The notes under the pieces were generated by a model. That model saw nothing but the letters and a program-made list of their open reading frames with translations. It made no database searches and was not told the DNA's origin. 64,000 nucleotides of DNA from positions 985 through 64,984 of the IMG/VR virus record IMGVR_UViG_3300037041_001101; one strand, written 5' to 3'. Positions 1 to 9,133 of the stretch are shown here, piece after piece. Origin of the DNA: a virus. Lineage: Duplodnaviria > Caudoviricetes. How positions within the stretch are numbered: position 1 is the stretch's first letter; every line of letters begins with the position of its first letter. The translations under genes were made by a program, and so were the position numbers.

Positions 1-2127
1 CAAGTTCAAGAACAATTAGATGTGTTAGAGGATCATCCTGAGTATAAGAAACCGATGAACGAGTGGCGAGCAATTCGTAAGAATATGGTTGAGTTTTTGT
101 TTGAAACTGAACGCTACTCAAAAGCGCAAGCTGAGGCTTACCTTGACGCGATTGCGTACGTTCCATTCAATCGTATTATGGAGCAGAAAGATCCTGAAGC
201 AGCCTATGCTACGATGTCACAAGGCCATGGTAAAGCGTCTGCTGGTCTTACTAAAGGTCAAACTGAATATGGTATAAAAGGATCGCTTAAAGAAGTCGAT
301 GATACGGTAACCAACATGGAAAAGTGGGTTATGAATAGTTTTGTTAAAGGGATTAACGCATCTAAAGCACGTGAGTTGATGCAACTCTCTTTAACGAATA
401 TGCCTGAAGGTACGGTAACAGAACTAGGAACTAACCCTAAGAACAAAGAAGGTGCGGTTAATGTCTATTATAACGGTAAGAAATATTATTTCCGTTATGC
501 TGATCCGTTACTTCCTTTTTGTTTTAACGGTGTCAATCCTGTCGCACTACCTGCTCTAAAGTTCGGTGCGAAGTTTGCGAACAAGTTAAGACAGTTCATC
601 GTATTGAATCCTTTGTTCACTGTATCTCAGTTGCCTCAAGATACGTTCTCAGCGATGTTCTCATCTGGGTTGAGAAATCCTTTTATGTTGCCTTTTGAAA
701 CGCTAAAAGAGTTTGGTAAAACTTTAGCGAGCACATCGGCTACCCATGAGAAACTAAAAGGACGGGGTGTTGTTGGGCAGAGAGATTTCATGGATGATGT
801 CACCAAGAGCATCCATGATATTGCGTACAATCAACACTCGGAAACAAAAGGCGTTGGTGCCAGTATCTTAAGAGGTCTTAATCATTTCTCTATGGCAGGT
901 GATAACGCGTTGCGTCAAGCCATCTATAACAGAACGATGAAAGAGCTTAAGAACAGACCGGATGCCGATGCGATAGCTACCGAACGAGCCTTAGAAGTGA
1001 TTAACTTCCGTAGACGTGGTGCAAGTGCTACTGCCGATATGATACGTCAGGTTACTCCGTTCTTAGGTGCATACCTGCAAGCGCAACGCGTTGCGTTTAA
1101 CACCTTGTCAGGACGAGGTATAGCCCCGTCAGAACGCAAAGAAGCATTAGCAACACTAGCACTCACCACTGCTCAAGTTATCGCTATGACGTTCGTTTAT
1201 AACGGTCTGTTAGATGATGACGATGAGTTTAAAAAGAAGAACGCGAGAGAAAAAGATACTCGACTCTTCCTAATGGGATCTAAAGCTAACTTCACTATGC
1301 CACTACGACCTGATGTGTTCTCATTCCCGTTCGTGTTAGGCAACCACGCGTATCGCGCTATGCTCGATAAGGGTACTGAGAATCCAGAAGTCGCAAGACG
1401 AGCAATGAAAGATGCGTTCTTAGCGGCAGTGGTGGGTATGCCGATGGGTCCTACGATTATCAAACCTATCGTAGAAGTTGCAATCGATCATGATTGGTTT
1501 ACAGGAAGAAGTCTTATTCCTCAAAGGCTAGAAGGTTTTGATAAAGAACTTCAATACACAGATGGCACATCCGAGATCGCTAAGATGTTGGGCAAAACCG
1601 GTTATATTTCTCCAATAGCAGTTGATCATTTGGTAAAAGGCTTCTTTGGTTATGTGGGTGGAGCAACTCTAAGTTTAACCGATATAGCGTTACGCGCATC
1701 GATGGATCTTCCTTACGCGAGCAAAGCTGTGTACGGTAAAGATATCAATGATATACCTGGCATATCTCCACTCTACGCAAGAGAAAACAAACCGCAAATT
1801 ATTGATAGCTTTTTTAAATTCAATGCGGAGGTTGATAAAACTCACCGCACATATAGTGAATATAAGAAGACTGGAAGACGAGAAGAAGCGAGAGAGTATA
1901 AAACAGAAGGCCTTAACAAACTGTTGCTGAACGACAGAGTTCGTAAAGACTTGCACCACATGTCAACTAAGGTGAGTGATCTGAAAGAGAAACGAAGAAA
2001 GATAATGGAGACACCTAATGAAAGGATATCTCCAGAAGCTAAGAAAGAAAGAGTTGATAAGATTGATGAACGTATCTTACACGTGATTAAGAACATAGAT
2101 CGACTGCAAGGTCGGGTGTACAAATAA
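1..2127 (+). CDS. C-terminal part of giant polyvalent/ejection protein (LPD38-like C-terminus), 5'-truncated
   Basis: Frame open from base 1; motifs INFRRRG, PFLGAYLQ, N/HDWFTGR-I-P, SPIAVDHLVKGFFG typical of LPD38-type ends; probably continues the ORF starting at 60697. Confidence 0.65.
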   Translation, partial: QVQEQLDVLEDHPEYKKPMNEWRAIRKNMVEFLFETERYSKAQAEAYLDAIAYVPFNRIMEQKDPEAAYATMSQGHGKASAGLTKGQTEYGIKGSLKEVDDTVTNMEKWVMNSFVKGINASKARELMQLSLTNMPEGTVTELGTNPKNKEGAVNVYYNGKKYYFRYADPLLPFCFNGVNPVALPALKFGAKFANKLRQFIVLNPLFTVSQLPQDTFSAMFSSGLRNPFMLPFETLKEFGKTLASTSATHEKLKGRGVVGQRDFMDDVTKSIHDIAYNQHSETKGVGASILRGLNHFSMAGDNALRQAIYNRTMKELKNRPDADAIATERALEVINFRRRGASATADMIRQVTPFLGAYLQAQRVAFNTLSGRGIAPSERKEALATLALTTAQVIAMTFVYNGLLDDDDEFKKKNAREKDTRLFLMGSKANFTMPLRPDVFSFPFVLGNHAYRAMLDKGTENPEVARRAMKDAFLAAVVGMPMGPTIIKPIVEVAIDHDWFTGRSLIPQRLEGFDKELQYTDGTSEIAKMLGKTGYISPIAVDHLVKGFFGYVGGATLSLTDIALRASMDLPYASKAVYGKDINDIPGISPLYARENKPQIIDSFFKFNAEVDKTHRTYSEYKKTGRREEAREYKTEGLNKLLLNDRVRKDLHHMSTKVSDLKEKRRKIMETPNERISPEAKKERVDKIDERILHVIKNIDRLQGRVYK

Positions 2128-2132
2128 AACTG

Positions 2133-2157
2133 AGGGGTCGAAAGACCCCTTTTCTTT
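2133..2157 (+). terminator. Intrinsic terminator at convergence of late and early arms
   Basis: AGGGGTC-GAAA-GACCCCT followed by T-rich tract. Confidence 0.85.
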
Positions 2158-2326
2158 ACTCAAATTTCATCGTAGGCTTCTTCGTGCTCATCCTCGGTAT
2201 ACACATAAAAACGAGAGACATACACGAATAGCCATGTGAACGCCCAACCCTCCTCATCACTGGTAATCCAAGGGAAGATGCCCCAATTACTGATGTGCCG
2301 TACACCCCATTCCCACATGATAAAAG

Positions 2327-2893
2327 TCATTCTGATTCTCCGAAGATAAGTGGTGCTACTGCTTGCAGTTGACGTTGGATTTCTAGTGCAACTTCTCGCA
2401 CCTCAGATTGCGCAGAAGGTGTACTCCTTAGTTTGATGAAATCGCGTAGTGCTTGATAATTACCTGTCATGTACAACTCTGTTTCCTGCGCCTGTGGTAA
2501 GAAATAACGCGCGTCTTGTTTGCTCATTCCGTCAGCACGTAGCTCGTCGTATAAATCTTTGGCATCAGAATTATGACTGTGTATCTTTATCTTGCTGGTC
2601 GCGCTGAGTTTATCAAAACCTTCAGGTAGAATGAACTCGGCATCCGACTCATCACAGTAGCGCGAACTGCGTACAAGGTAAGATAAGTGAACACTCCTTG
2701 TTAACTGAGCGAGGCATACACGACTGATTCCTTCAATTTTAAATACAGCCATGCCGAAACGCAAACAACTTAAATGCCCAACGTCAATTATGTGTTTTAA
2801 TCTTTTCTCGTCATTCCCTTCTCGCCCATAACAGATACCTGAGTATTTCCCAATCAATATTGGATCTGTATATTGCTCTAAAGTTACTTTCAT
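2327..2893 (-). CDS. thyX: Flavin-dependent thymidylate synthase
   Basis: GHLSCL, IEGISR, QLTR..LSY..RSSRY, DARYFLPQ, FIKLR..AQ.EVR motifs. Confidence 0.85.
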   Translation of the reverse strand: MKVTLEQYTDPILIGKYSGICYGREGNDEKRLKHIIDVGHLSCLRFGMAVFKIEGISRVCLAQLTRSVHLSYLVRSSRYCDESDAEFILPEGFDKLSATSKIKIHSHNSDAKDLYDELRADGMSKQDARYFLPQAQETELYMTGNYQALRDFIKLRSTPSAQSEVREVALEIQRQLQAVAPLIFGESE

Positions 2894-3031
2894 TTTATAC
2901 ACCCTCGTTCTGGTTTTATATCTTCTAATATTTTGTAAGTATGCTTACAATCTTCACACACCTTTGAGTTAAAACTGTAATACATTTGAAACGTGGTACA
3001 TTTGTGCGGATAGAGCCACTCTATTATTTTT

Positions 3032-3532
3032 TTAATCATCTTTGTTCTCGATCCAGAAGTTGTGATACTGCCGTTTTGCGGCTATATAAGCTGTTGAAGC
3101 TTCTTCGGCAGTATTGAAAAGTCCAAGGTGTTTGCTTTTACCGTTGAGCATTATTTGGGCTCGCCATTTTTTACTTGGCGTATACCAACTGACTCCTAAT
3201 AACCCACAACCATTAGTCTTGTACGGTTTCGATTTGTTATGCTGATTTTGTTGCTCTGTTGCGACACGTAAATTGACAATAGAATTATCTCTCGGATTTT
3301 CATTTTTGTGATCTAAAAATGTTTCTGGAAATTCCCCATGTATATATAACCATGCTAGACGATGGGCTCGATATTTTTTGCGGTCAATTTCAATATTAAT
3401 ATAACCAGAAGCATGTTTACTTCCGGCAATAGAACCTTTCTTTGCAGTGCTGCTTCTTTGCGTAAGATTAGTGAAGATTCCCGTATCTGGATCGTAATGT
3501 AAAATTTGTTTTAGTTTTTCTTGTGTAAGCAT
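3032..3532 (-). CDS. HNH homing endonuclease with AP2 DNA-binding domain
   Basis: LHYDPDTG, AHRLAWLY, DHKN..DNSIVNLR, GVSW..KKWRAQI..KHLGLF; SD GGAGG before ATG 3532. Confidence 0.9.
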   Translation of the reverse strand: MLTQEKLKQILHYDPDTGIFTNLTQRSSTAKKGSIAGSKHASGYINIEIDRKKYRAHRLAWLYIHGEFPETFLDHKNENPRDNSIVNLRVATEQQNQHNKSKPYKTNGCGLLGVSWYTPSKKWRAQIMLNGKSKHLGLFNTAEEASTAYIAAKRQYHNFWIENKDD

Positions 3533-3541
3533 TTTGATACC

Positions 3542-3615
3542 TCCAGTTAAGGTCAGTGAAAGGTGAGTGGTCAACGCTTACTGAAGGCGTGTTCGGTTTG
3601 CATACCTAGACCACA
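3542..3615 (-). ncRNA. c4-antisense-like structured leader RNA upstream of HNH-AP2
   Basis: Minus strand GTGGTC..GACCAC closing stem, GGT-ATGCAA-ACC and ACGC-..TTCAGT..-GCGT hairpins; TATAAT just upstream. Confidence 0.5.
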
Positions 3616-3633
3616 GTTACAATTATATCTCAT

Positions 3634-3999
3634 CTAAATATTCGTTTCCAACTTTTTAATTTCTCGTGCCAAATAAAATTGAGCTTTTTTTAGATCCTCT
3701 ATCTTGTTCGCCTTATAGCCTGATCGGCTCACATATTTTATTACGTTCGCCAAATTCCAGTTTGTATCAAACCCTTTCGCTTCGATATAATCAATAACCT
3801 CAATACCCCCATGAGTATAGTGTGATGGTTTATTAATAGGGTCGCCATCCACTTGTTTATCGTTTGCTCGTGCTTCTTTTAAGATCCATTGTGGCTTCAC
3901 ATTTGTTTCTTCGTTTATCATCGCATAATCCTTAAATTGTTTTGGGTAATGCCACAAATTAATTGGGGGCATTGTAAAGTCTGCCCAAATTATAGTCAT
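3634..3999 (-). CDS. DUF3310 (SaV / T7 gp1.7-like) protein
   Basis: DPINKPSHY..GGIEVIDYI, NVIKYVSR..K..EDLKKA.FYL. Confidence 0.85.
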   Translation of the reverse strand: MTIIWADFTMPPINLWHYPKQFKDYAMINEETNVKPQWILKEARANDKQVDGDPINKPSHYTHGGIEVIDYIEAKGFDTNWNLANVIKYVSRSGYKANKIEDLKKAQFYLAREIKKLETNI

Positions 4000-4184
4000 A
4001 ACTCACTCGCGTCTCGACATTCTATGGAGCACCATCGTCTACCATCTTCGACAGGTGCGTTGCATTCCCAGCACTGCCTCGACTCGTTCTGATACGGGTT
4101 GACCACGTTTTGTTTAACCATCTCGATCTGCTTATCTAAAATTAATTGTGCTTGATCATTCGCTAAATCAGCAATATCTGCCAT
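3996..4184 (-). CDS. DksA/TraR-like zinc-finger protein
   Basis: MADIADLAND N-terminus plus CWEC..WCSIEC. Confidence 0.7.
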   Translation of the reverse strand: MADIADLANDQAQLILDKQIEMVKQNVVNPYQNESRQCWECNAPVEDGRRWCSIECRDASEL

Positions 4185-4281
4185 AACTTTTCTCACATGC
4201 TTTGAAAGGGTTAATCGGAGGGATAGTAATTATAACAATCCAGTCCTCCGACCTCTGTTTGTTCGTTTTCTTATTTGCCAT

Positions 4282-4815
4282 TTAGCGTAAGCCTTTTGAT
4301 TCAGTCACACCGCGCTGATTATTGTACTGTCCCATTACCGCATAACTCTTCTCAGCGGGAACAGGTTCGTGTCTGAAGAATACCATCTGACCAATACCCA
4401 TACCTGGCGTTAACCATAAAATGTGATTGTTAGTCATGTTCTTTAGCTCTAAGGTCAGTTTAGAATCGGACCACGTTGCGTCACAAAATCCCGCGTTGAG
4501 ATGTTCAAGACCATTCCGCGCCATGCTCGACTTTAATTTATACTCGCAGCTGATATCGTCAGGCAGATTGAAATACTCCCTGCTAGACGCAAGGATAAAC
4601 TCACCTGGAGCAAGCGCATAACCTTCGTCAATATTCAAAGAGATCATGTTGATATTGTCTTTGGCGATCAAGTCTACTATTTTACCATGTGTTGACTCTA
4701 TTTTAATATCGTTATCCAACGTAATATCAATCGAAGCGCCATTCACTCTGCTCAGATCCGCTGTGATAACGCCTCGTTTAACAAGCTCTACCAATTCATC
4801 ATGTGATAACAACAT
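4282..4815 (-). CDS. dcd: dCTP deaminase
   Basis: ASIDITL, L.PGEFIL, KSSMARNG, AGFCD, LTLEL, GQMVF, GQYNNQ. Confidence 0.85.
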   Translation of the reverse strand: MLLSHDELVELVKRGVITADLSRVNGASIDITLDNDIKIESTHGKIVDLIAKDNINMISLNIDEGYALAPGEFILASSREYFNLPDDISCEYKLKSSMARNGLEHLNAGFCDATWSDSKLTLELKNMTNNHILWLTPGMGIGQMVFFRHEPVPAEKSYAVMGQYNNQRGVTESKGLR

Positions 4816-5102
4816 TATTTTAATTCCTCTAATTTTACTGTAAGTGCTCGTATATCATGAGTCAAGCGTTTATGGAAAGCCTCTTCACTATCATCAGTTG
4901 ACAATAGCCAATCGATCCTACTTGTGTAGGCGTGTGCTAAGGTTAGAAACCTTACTGCCTGTTTAAATGCATTTATGGTTTCTTCAGTGTACCGATCATA
5001 ACCAAAATACTCTGGGTTGGTATCATTAAGTATCACTTGCTCGATATCAAAGATGATGTCGGTAATGTAATGTTGTTTGTAATCAAAATATCCACCACTC
5101 AT
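4815..5102 (-). CDS. Hypothetical phage protein
   Basis: MSGGYFDY start, IDWLLS.DD motif; abuts dcd. Confidence 0.65.
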   Translation of the reverse strand: MSGGYFDYKQHYITDIIFDIEQVILNDTNPEYFGYDRYTEETINAFKQAVRFLTLAHAYTSRIDWLLSTDDSEEAFHKRLTHDIRALTVKLEELK

Positions 5103-5256
5103 TCTTTTATCTCCTCAAAATCTTCATCTAAAATTTTCTGGTTAATCATATCAATCTGTCCATCATCGTAACCCGTCTTGTAGATCAACTGGATGGAATT
5201 TAACAACGAATGCCCTCCAGCTTTCCATAATACATAACATTCCTCATCGGTCAGCA

Positions 5257-5472
5257 TTAGCGGTTCCTATTCTTTTGATACTCGTAATACTTAGCGTCAC
5301 GTTCTTCTAAGGTGTCAAGGTTTTGCATATCACTAACCAGGTTACGAAGGCCATTCATCTCTTTGATCACACCATCTTGATATCCACGCTCGTAAGCGGC
5401 TTGAACTAACTGGTTAAATGTTGCGCCACTATCCCAGATCTCGCAGATCTCTTCATCGGTTAATTGTTTCAT
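5257..5472 (-). CDS. Hypothetical protein
   Basis: SD GAGG; LTDEEI motif; in operon. Confidence 0.55.
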   Translation of the reverse strand: MKQLTDEEICEIWDSGATFNQLVQAAYERGYQDGVIKEMNGLRNLVSDMQNLDTLEERDAKYYEYQKNRNR

Positions 5473-5503
5473 CTTCTACCTCAATTTTATTGTTAAAATT
5501 TTA

Positions 5504-5695
5504 TTACTTTACAACCCAGTAATCCTCTTCTTCAATTTTATGTTTACAATCTTTGGGATTAAAGAACGAGTACGTGTAACGACCTTGCTCCTCATCTAAC
5601 GGGATAGTTAAATACCGCATGCACGAGTTTCTAACCGCACAAATTCCATTTTCATCGCCCGTACAACGTGATATGTCTCTGCTTAAAGGTTTCAT
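5504..5695 (-). CDS. Small Cys-rich hypothetical protein
   Basis: DISRC..C..R..C.RY; ATGA-type overlap with upstream ORF. Confidence 0.6.
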   Translation of the reverse strand: MKPLSRDISRCTGDENGICAVRNSCMRYLTIPLDEEQGRYTYSFFNPKDCKHKIEEEDYWVVK

Positions 5696-6003
5696 TTATC
5701 TAAGAGCGTGTTGTGCTCTTTCATGTACTTGTTGCGCTCTGCAATCATGCAGTCAGCTAGTTGATAAGCATCACAAGCAAGCTCTTTGATTACCGCTAGA
5801 GATTCCTCATCTCGTTCTTTACCAGTTACCACCCACTCTATTCCAGATACATAAAGCGATTGCATCGCCAGTCCTGCAAAGTGGTCTCTTAACGTCATTC
5901 CAGTATGTAAAGGCGATTTGCCATGCTTTGACGTAACTCCAGAAGCAGGATTAAACGTGGTGTAACTTTCTCCTGATGGATATGCTGGTATATTTTTACT
6001 CAT
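5692..6003 (-). CDS. Hypothetical protein (PAYP/GMTLRDHFAGLAMQ family)
   Basis: GMTLRDHFAGLAMQ..AYQLADCMI motif; paralog at 6478-6681. Confidence 0.7.
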   Translation of the reverse strand: MSKNIPAYPSGESYTTFNPASGVTSKHGKSPLHTGMTLRDHFAGLAMQSLYVSGIEWVVTGKERDEESLAVIKELACDAYQLADCMIAERNKYMKEHNTLLDK

Positions 6004-6271
6004 CACCACCTCCAGTTATACCGTGTTCTTGCTCAATAGCCCGCGCCAACTCAAATACACCCGCTTTTTTTAAGTCTTTTTTATCTATATCGTGTACTCC
6101 TAGTTGAATTGCGACTGATAAAGCGATTTTTAAAAGTTTATCGTCACTTAAAGGTTTTTTTCTTGTATAAAGAGGTTGGCATGTTAAATCTAATTTGTAA
6201 GGAAAATTATGATAATGCCAATCATCTGTAACAACTCGATATGTTCGCCAAGCAACAGGTTCTTTACTCAT
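5996..6271 (-). CDS. Modular hypothetical protein (EPVAW/PLS/ARAIEQ.HGI)
   Basis: Shares peptide modules with 6748-7996 ORFs. Confidence 0.65.
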   Translation of the reverse strand: MSKEPVAWRTYRVVTDDWHYHNFPYKLDLTCQPLYTRKKPLSDDKLLKIALSVAIQLGVHDIDKKDLKKAGVFELARAIEQEHGITGGGDE

Positions 6272-6350
6272 CATCTGACCCTATCTTATAAATACGCCAC
6301 AAATAAGCAAAAACAATCCCTATCCCCAAACCTAATAAAAAACTATTCAT
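6264..6350 (-). CDS. 28-aa hydrophobic peptide
   Basis: MNSFLLGLGIGIVFAYLWRIYKIGSDDE; SD GGAG; ends in GATGAGTAA junction. Confidence 0.5.
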   Translation of the reverse strand: MNSFLLGLGIGIVFAYLWRIYKIGSDDE

Positions 6351-6477
6351 CTATTTACTCCTGATATATTGACTGGTGGTGCATCTACGCCATATTGGTT
6401 TGGGTAGTTTGATTACAAACTTATAATCATTACTCATTCTTGCATTGAATAGGAAATACCCTATCCTCGTGCTGTCG

Positions 6478-6681
6478 TTATACTTCCCACGAATCTGAAA
6501 CATTACTCAATTCCTCATGCCTTTCTTTATGATGCTTGTTACGTTCTCTTATCATTGCGTCCGCCAGTTGATAATAATCCTTAACATCATCTTCATAATG
6601 GCTATGTCTTCCTGCATGTAAAGCAGCCAATGATTGCATCGCCAGACCAGCAAAGTGATCGCGTAGTGTTATGTTACTCAT
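6478..6681 (-). CDS. Hypothetical protein, paralog of 5692-6003
   Basis: TLRDHFAGLAMQSL..YQLADAMIRERNK. Confidence 0.65.
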   Translation of the reverse strand: MSNITLRDHFAGLAMQSLAALHAGRHSHYEDDVKDYYQLADAMIRERNKHHKERHEELSNVSDSWEV

Positions 6682-6755
6682 CGTTTACCCCCAAACCAAA
6701 CTTCCCAAAACGCTAACGTGGATATAATTATAAGAACCCAATCAACTTTACTCAT
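6678..6755 (-). CDS. 25-aa hydrophobic peptide
   Basis: MSKVDWVLIIISTLAFWEVWFGGKR; coupled to both neighbours by overlaps. Confidence 0.5.
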   Translation of the reverse strand: MSKVDWVLIIISTLAFWEVWFGGKR

Positions 6756-7308
6756 CATCTACTCCTATACCGTGATATTGTTCAGCCCATCTAGCTCCTT
6801 CTATAAAGAAGTGCTGTTGTAACCCCTCCATGCAACTTGTGATGTTCTTTAGCGTTGACTTGGTTAAGGGCTTGAGTGGTGGTTGTTCTAAATAGAGTGG
6901 CTTGCCTTCGTCTTCTTCAGGTTTATACCACTCTAAGTTTATTTCTCCCGTAACTGCATCTCTGACCATCCAAGCTTTTGGCTTATCCACATCATCAACT
7001 CCAATGCCGTGTTGTTGCTCAATTGCTCTTGCAATTTCTATAAACTCATCCTCATTGCAGTAAAGCAAAAACTCTTCTTCCACCGCTATGGTTTTTAATT
7101 TTTCATCACTCAAAGGCTCACGTTTTAAAAAATACTTTGTATCTTCAACACCTTTTCCGTACCACCATTTATTGTTTTGCTCTTGCTCAGGTTGGGCGAG
7201 TAGGTTTTCAATCTCGTTGTGTAATTTTATATGCGGTCTTAGTTCTTCGAGTCTCAAAGAACCAAGTAGTGATAAACATTCTTTCAACAACTCTCTTTCT
7301 TTACTCAT
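6748..7308 (-). CDS. Modular hypothetical protein (fusion of two units)
   Basis: MSKERELLKE, LAQPEQE, KREPLS, two HGIGVDD modules. Confidence 0.65.
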   Translation of the reverse strand: MSKERELLKECLSLLGSLRLEELRPHIKLHNEIENLLAQPEQEQNNKWWYGKGVEDTKYFLKREPLSDEKLKTIAVEEEFLLYCNEDEFIEIARAIEQQHGIGVDDVDKPKAWMVRDAVTGEINLEWYKPEEDEGKPLYLEQPPLKPLTKSTLKNITSCMEGLQQHFFIEGARWAEQYHGIGVDDE

Positions 7309-7311
7309 TGC

Positions 7312-7725
7312 TCAACTCCAATAGTTATTTGAAACTGGATTAAAAACTGGAACAGTATCACTATCACTATCACTATGCTCATATGGTATGGTATTACAAG
7401 CAAAAGGTTTGCGGGTTGGTGGTGATGTGTAGAGTGGGGTTATAATGTCTGGTCTTTTTAAGTTCTGGCTATTTTTAGCGTATTCTTCAGCATCACATAA
7501 AAATTTAAACACCATATCTGTATAACCACCATCACCATACTTTCTAGTCCACATCCAAGCCACAGGCTCTTGCTCAGGTTGTGCGAGTAGTTCTTTGGTT
7601 TTGTTAATATCATCAACTAGCCTTAATAAAAGTCTGTCATCTTCTGGTCCTTCATCTGTATAAATATCTGAAAGATCAAGCATCCAATTTAAAGCTTCTT
7701 TTAACAACTCTCTTTCTTTACTCAT
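7312..7725 (-). CDS. Modular hypothetical protein
   Basis: MSKERELLKE, LAQPEQEPVAW, PLYTSPP. Confidence 0.65.
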   Translation of the reverse strand: MSKERELLKEALNWMLDLSDIYTDEGPEDDRLLLRLVDDINKTKELLAQPEQEPVAWMWTRKYGDGGYTDMVFKFLCDAEEYAKNSQNLKRPDIITPLYTSPPTRKPFACNTIPYEHSDSDSDTVPVFNPVSNNYWS

Positions 7726-7996
7726 CATCAACTCCTATGCCGTGATACTGCTCAATAGCCACACAAATTTCATCAAATATGTAATATGGCACAGCACTTT
7801 TAAAAGTTGTCTCCCATAAATCCTCCGCTTGTTTTGTACTCAAAGGCTCACGTTTTAAATCGAGTTCAGCTTGTGCGTAACCTTTTTTATATTCAGTTAA
7901 ACCCTCTCTTGGCGTTAGCCCTTCACGTTTCGCAGGCACTTTATAACTCCACCCTAGCTTGTCCAACACTTCTTGTAAGTCTTCTCTCTCACTCAT
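7718..7996 (-). CDS. Modular hypothetical protein
   Basis: KREPLS, AIEQYHGIGVDDE. Confidence 0.6.
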   Translation of the reverse strand: MSEREDLQEVLDKLGWSYKVPAKREGLTPREGLTEYKKGYAQAELDLKREPLSTKQAEDLWETTFKSAVPYYIFDEICVAIEQYHGIGVDDE

Positions 7997-8412
7997 AAAC
8001 TTTCCCCTAATCGTCTTAATTGTAAGTTTCTTAAATGCAACTCTTTGTTATTCTGCATGAAGGTGATCAAGTTATGCGCTATACTACCTTCTCTAAACTT
8101 GAAGTTCATACGCTCATTCTTTTCTCGTCCTCCGAGTTTATGGAACGCTAATGCGTCCATCGCAAACGGATACCACTCTTTGATTTCTTTACGATCGTAC
8201 AGATAGACAAGCCCATCCATCGCTACGTGTAACGGCATACGATACCTGTCCTTTTTACAGATCCCTTCAACATACGTTAACTTAACACCAAGGTCTTCAG
8301 CGATCTCTCGCCTAGTGATGTAATCCGAGTTTCTAAGTTCGAGTTTCTCTTGTGCGATCCGTTCTTTCTTAGCTTTGTAATACGCTTTGTTTTGTTCCTT
8401 TGTCATTCCCAT
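7993..8412 (-). CDS. Putative DNA-binding (HTH/excisionase-like) protein
   Basis: ITRREIAEDLGV..LYDRKEIKEW. Confidence 0.5.
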   Translation of the reverse strand: MGMTKEQNKAYYKAKKERIAQEKLELRNSDYITRREIAEDLGVKLTYVEGICKKDRYRMPLHVAMDGLVYLYDRKEIKEWYPFAMDALAFHKLGGREKNERMNFKFREGSIAHNLITFMQNNKELHLRNLQLRRLGESL

Positions 8413-8528
8413 AATAAGCTCCTAGCTGTTTGCCATGATGGTCATTATCAATATTGATAACAAACCTAATGCGCAAACGATAGCGATCATCTGTTGTTCT
8501 TCTTGTCTTCTTCTCATAATTTTTACTC

Positions 8529-8553
8529 AAAAAAAATGCCCCATTGCTGGGGC
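8529..8553 (-). terminator. Intrinsic terminator (minus strand)
   Basis: A9 run next to GCCCCA-TTGC-TGGGGC hairpin. Confidence 0.75.
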
Positions 8554-8573
8554 GAGTTGAGGGGTTTTAATCG

Positions 8574-8813
8574 TTACTCGTATTGACTCATGATCTGCTC
8601 TTCGATATTCATCAATGTTTCCTCGTCGAGCACACCGGCAAGATCTACCATCCATTCATCTTTACCGTGGTAGACGTTAAGAATATCAATGTCAGAAAAC
8701 TCGGTTAAAGCATCGTCAAATAAATCGTCTTGTGTGTTCTCTACATGCTGTACGAACTCAAATGAAACATCCATATCCACTCCAGCGACAATAACATTAG
8801 TAGTGTGAATCAT
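8574..8813 (-). CDS. Acidic hypothetical protein
   Basis: ORF in operon. Confidence 0.55.
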   Translation of the reverse strand: MIHTTNVIVAGVDMDVSFEFVQHVENTQDDLFDDALTEFSDIDILNVYHGKDEWMVDLAGVLDEETLMNIEEQIMSQYE

Positions 8814-8816
8814 AAG

Positions 8817-8948
8817 TTACCCTTGTATAATTTTAAACTCTTGTTTCTTAGCGTAACGCGCATACTTTCTTTCAGGTTCGTAATCAATTAACCACCAACC
8901 TTTCTTCTCAAGATCATGGCACTGCGCTACAAATTCTTTCTTACTCAT
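8817..8948 (-). CDS. 43-aa hypothetical protein
   Basis: MSKKEFVAQCHDLEKKGWWLIDY..; G-rich SD. Confidence 0.5.
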   Translation of the reverse strand: MSKKEFVAQCHDLEKKGWWLIDYEPERKYARYAKKQEFKIIQG

Positions 8949-9133
8949 TATAACCCCCTATTGCGAAAACATTAAAATTATTTTGAGAAGAGGTTTGTTA
9001 TGCGAAGGTCTATCGGTACTTGGTTCCGGCCTTGCCAACCTTCGACGTGGTTGTTACGTTTCACTCTTCCCTTGAGAAACAATTATACGGAGAGTTTAGT
9101 ATTAGTAAACTTTTTATTTTCTCGGAAGGCATA

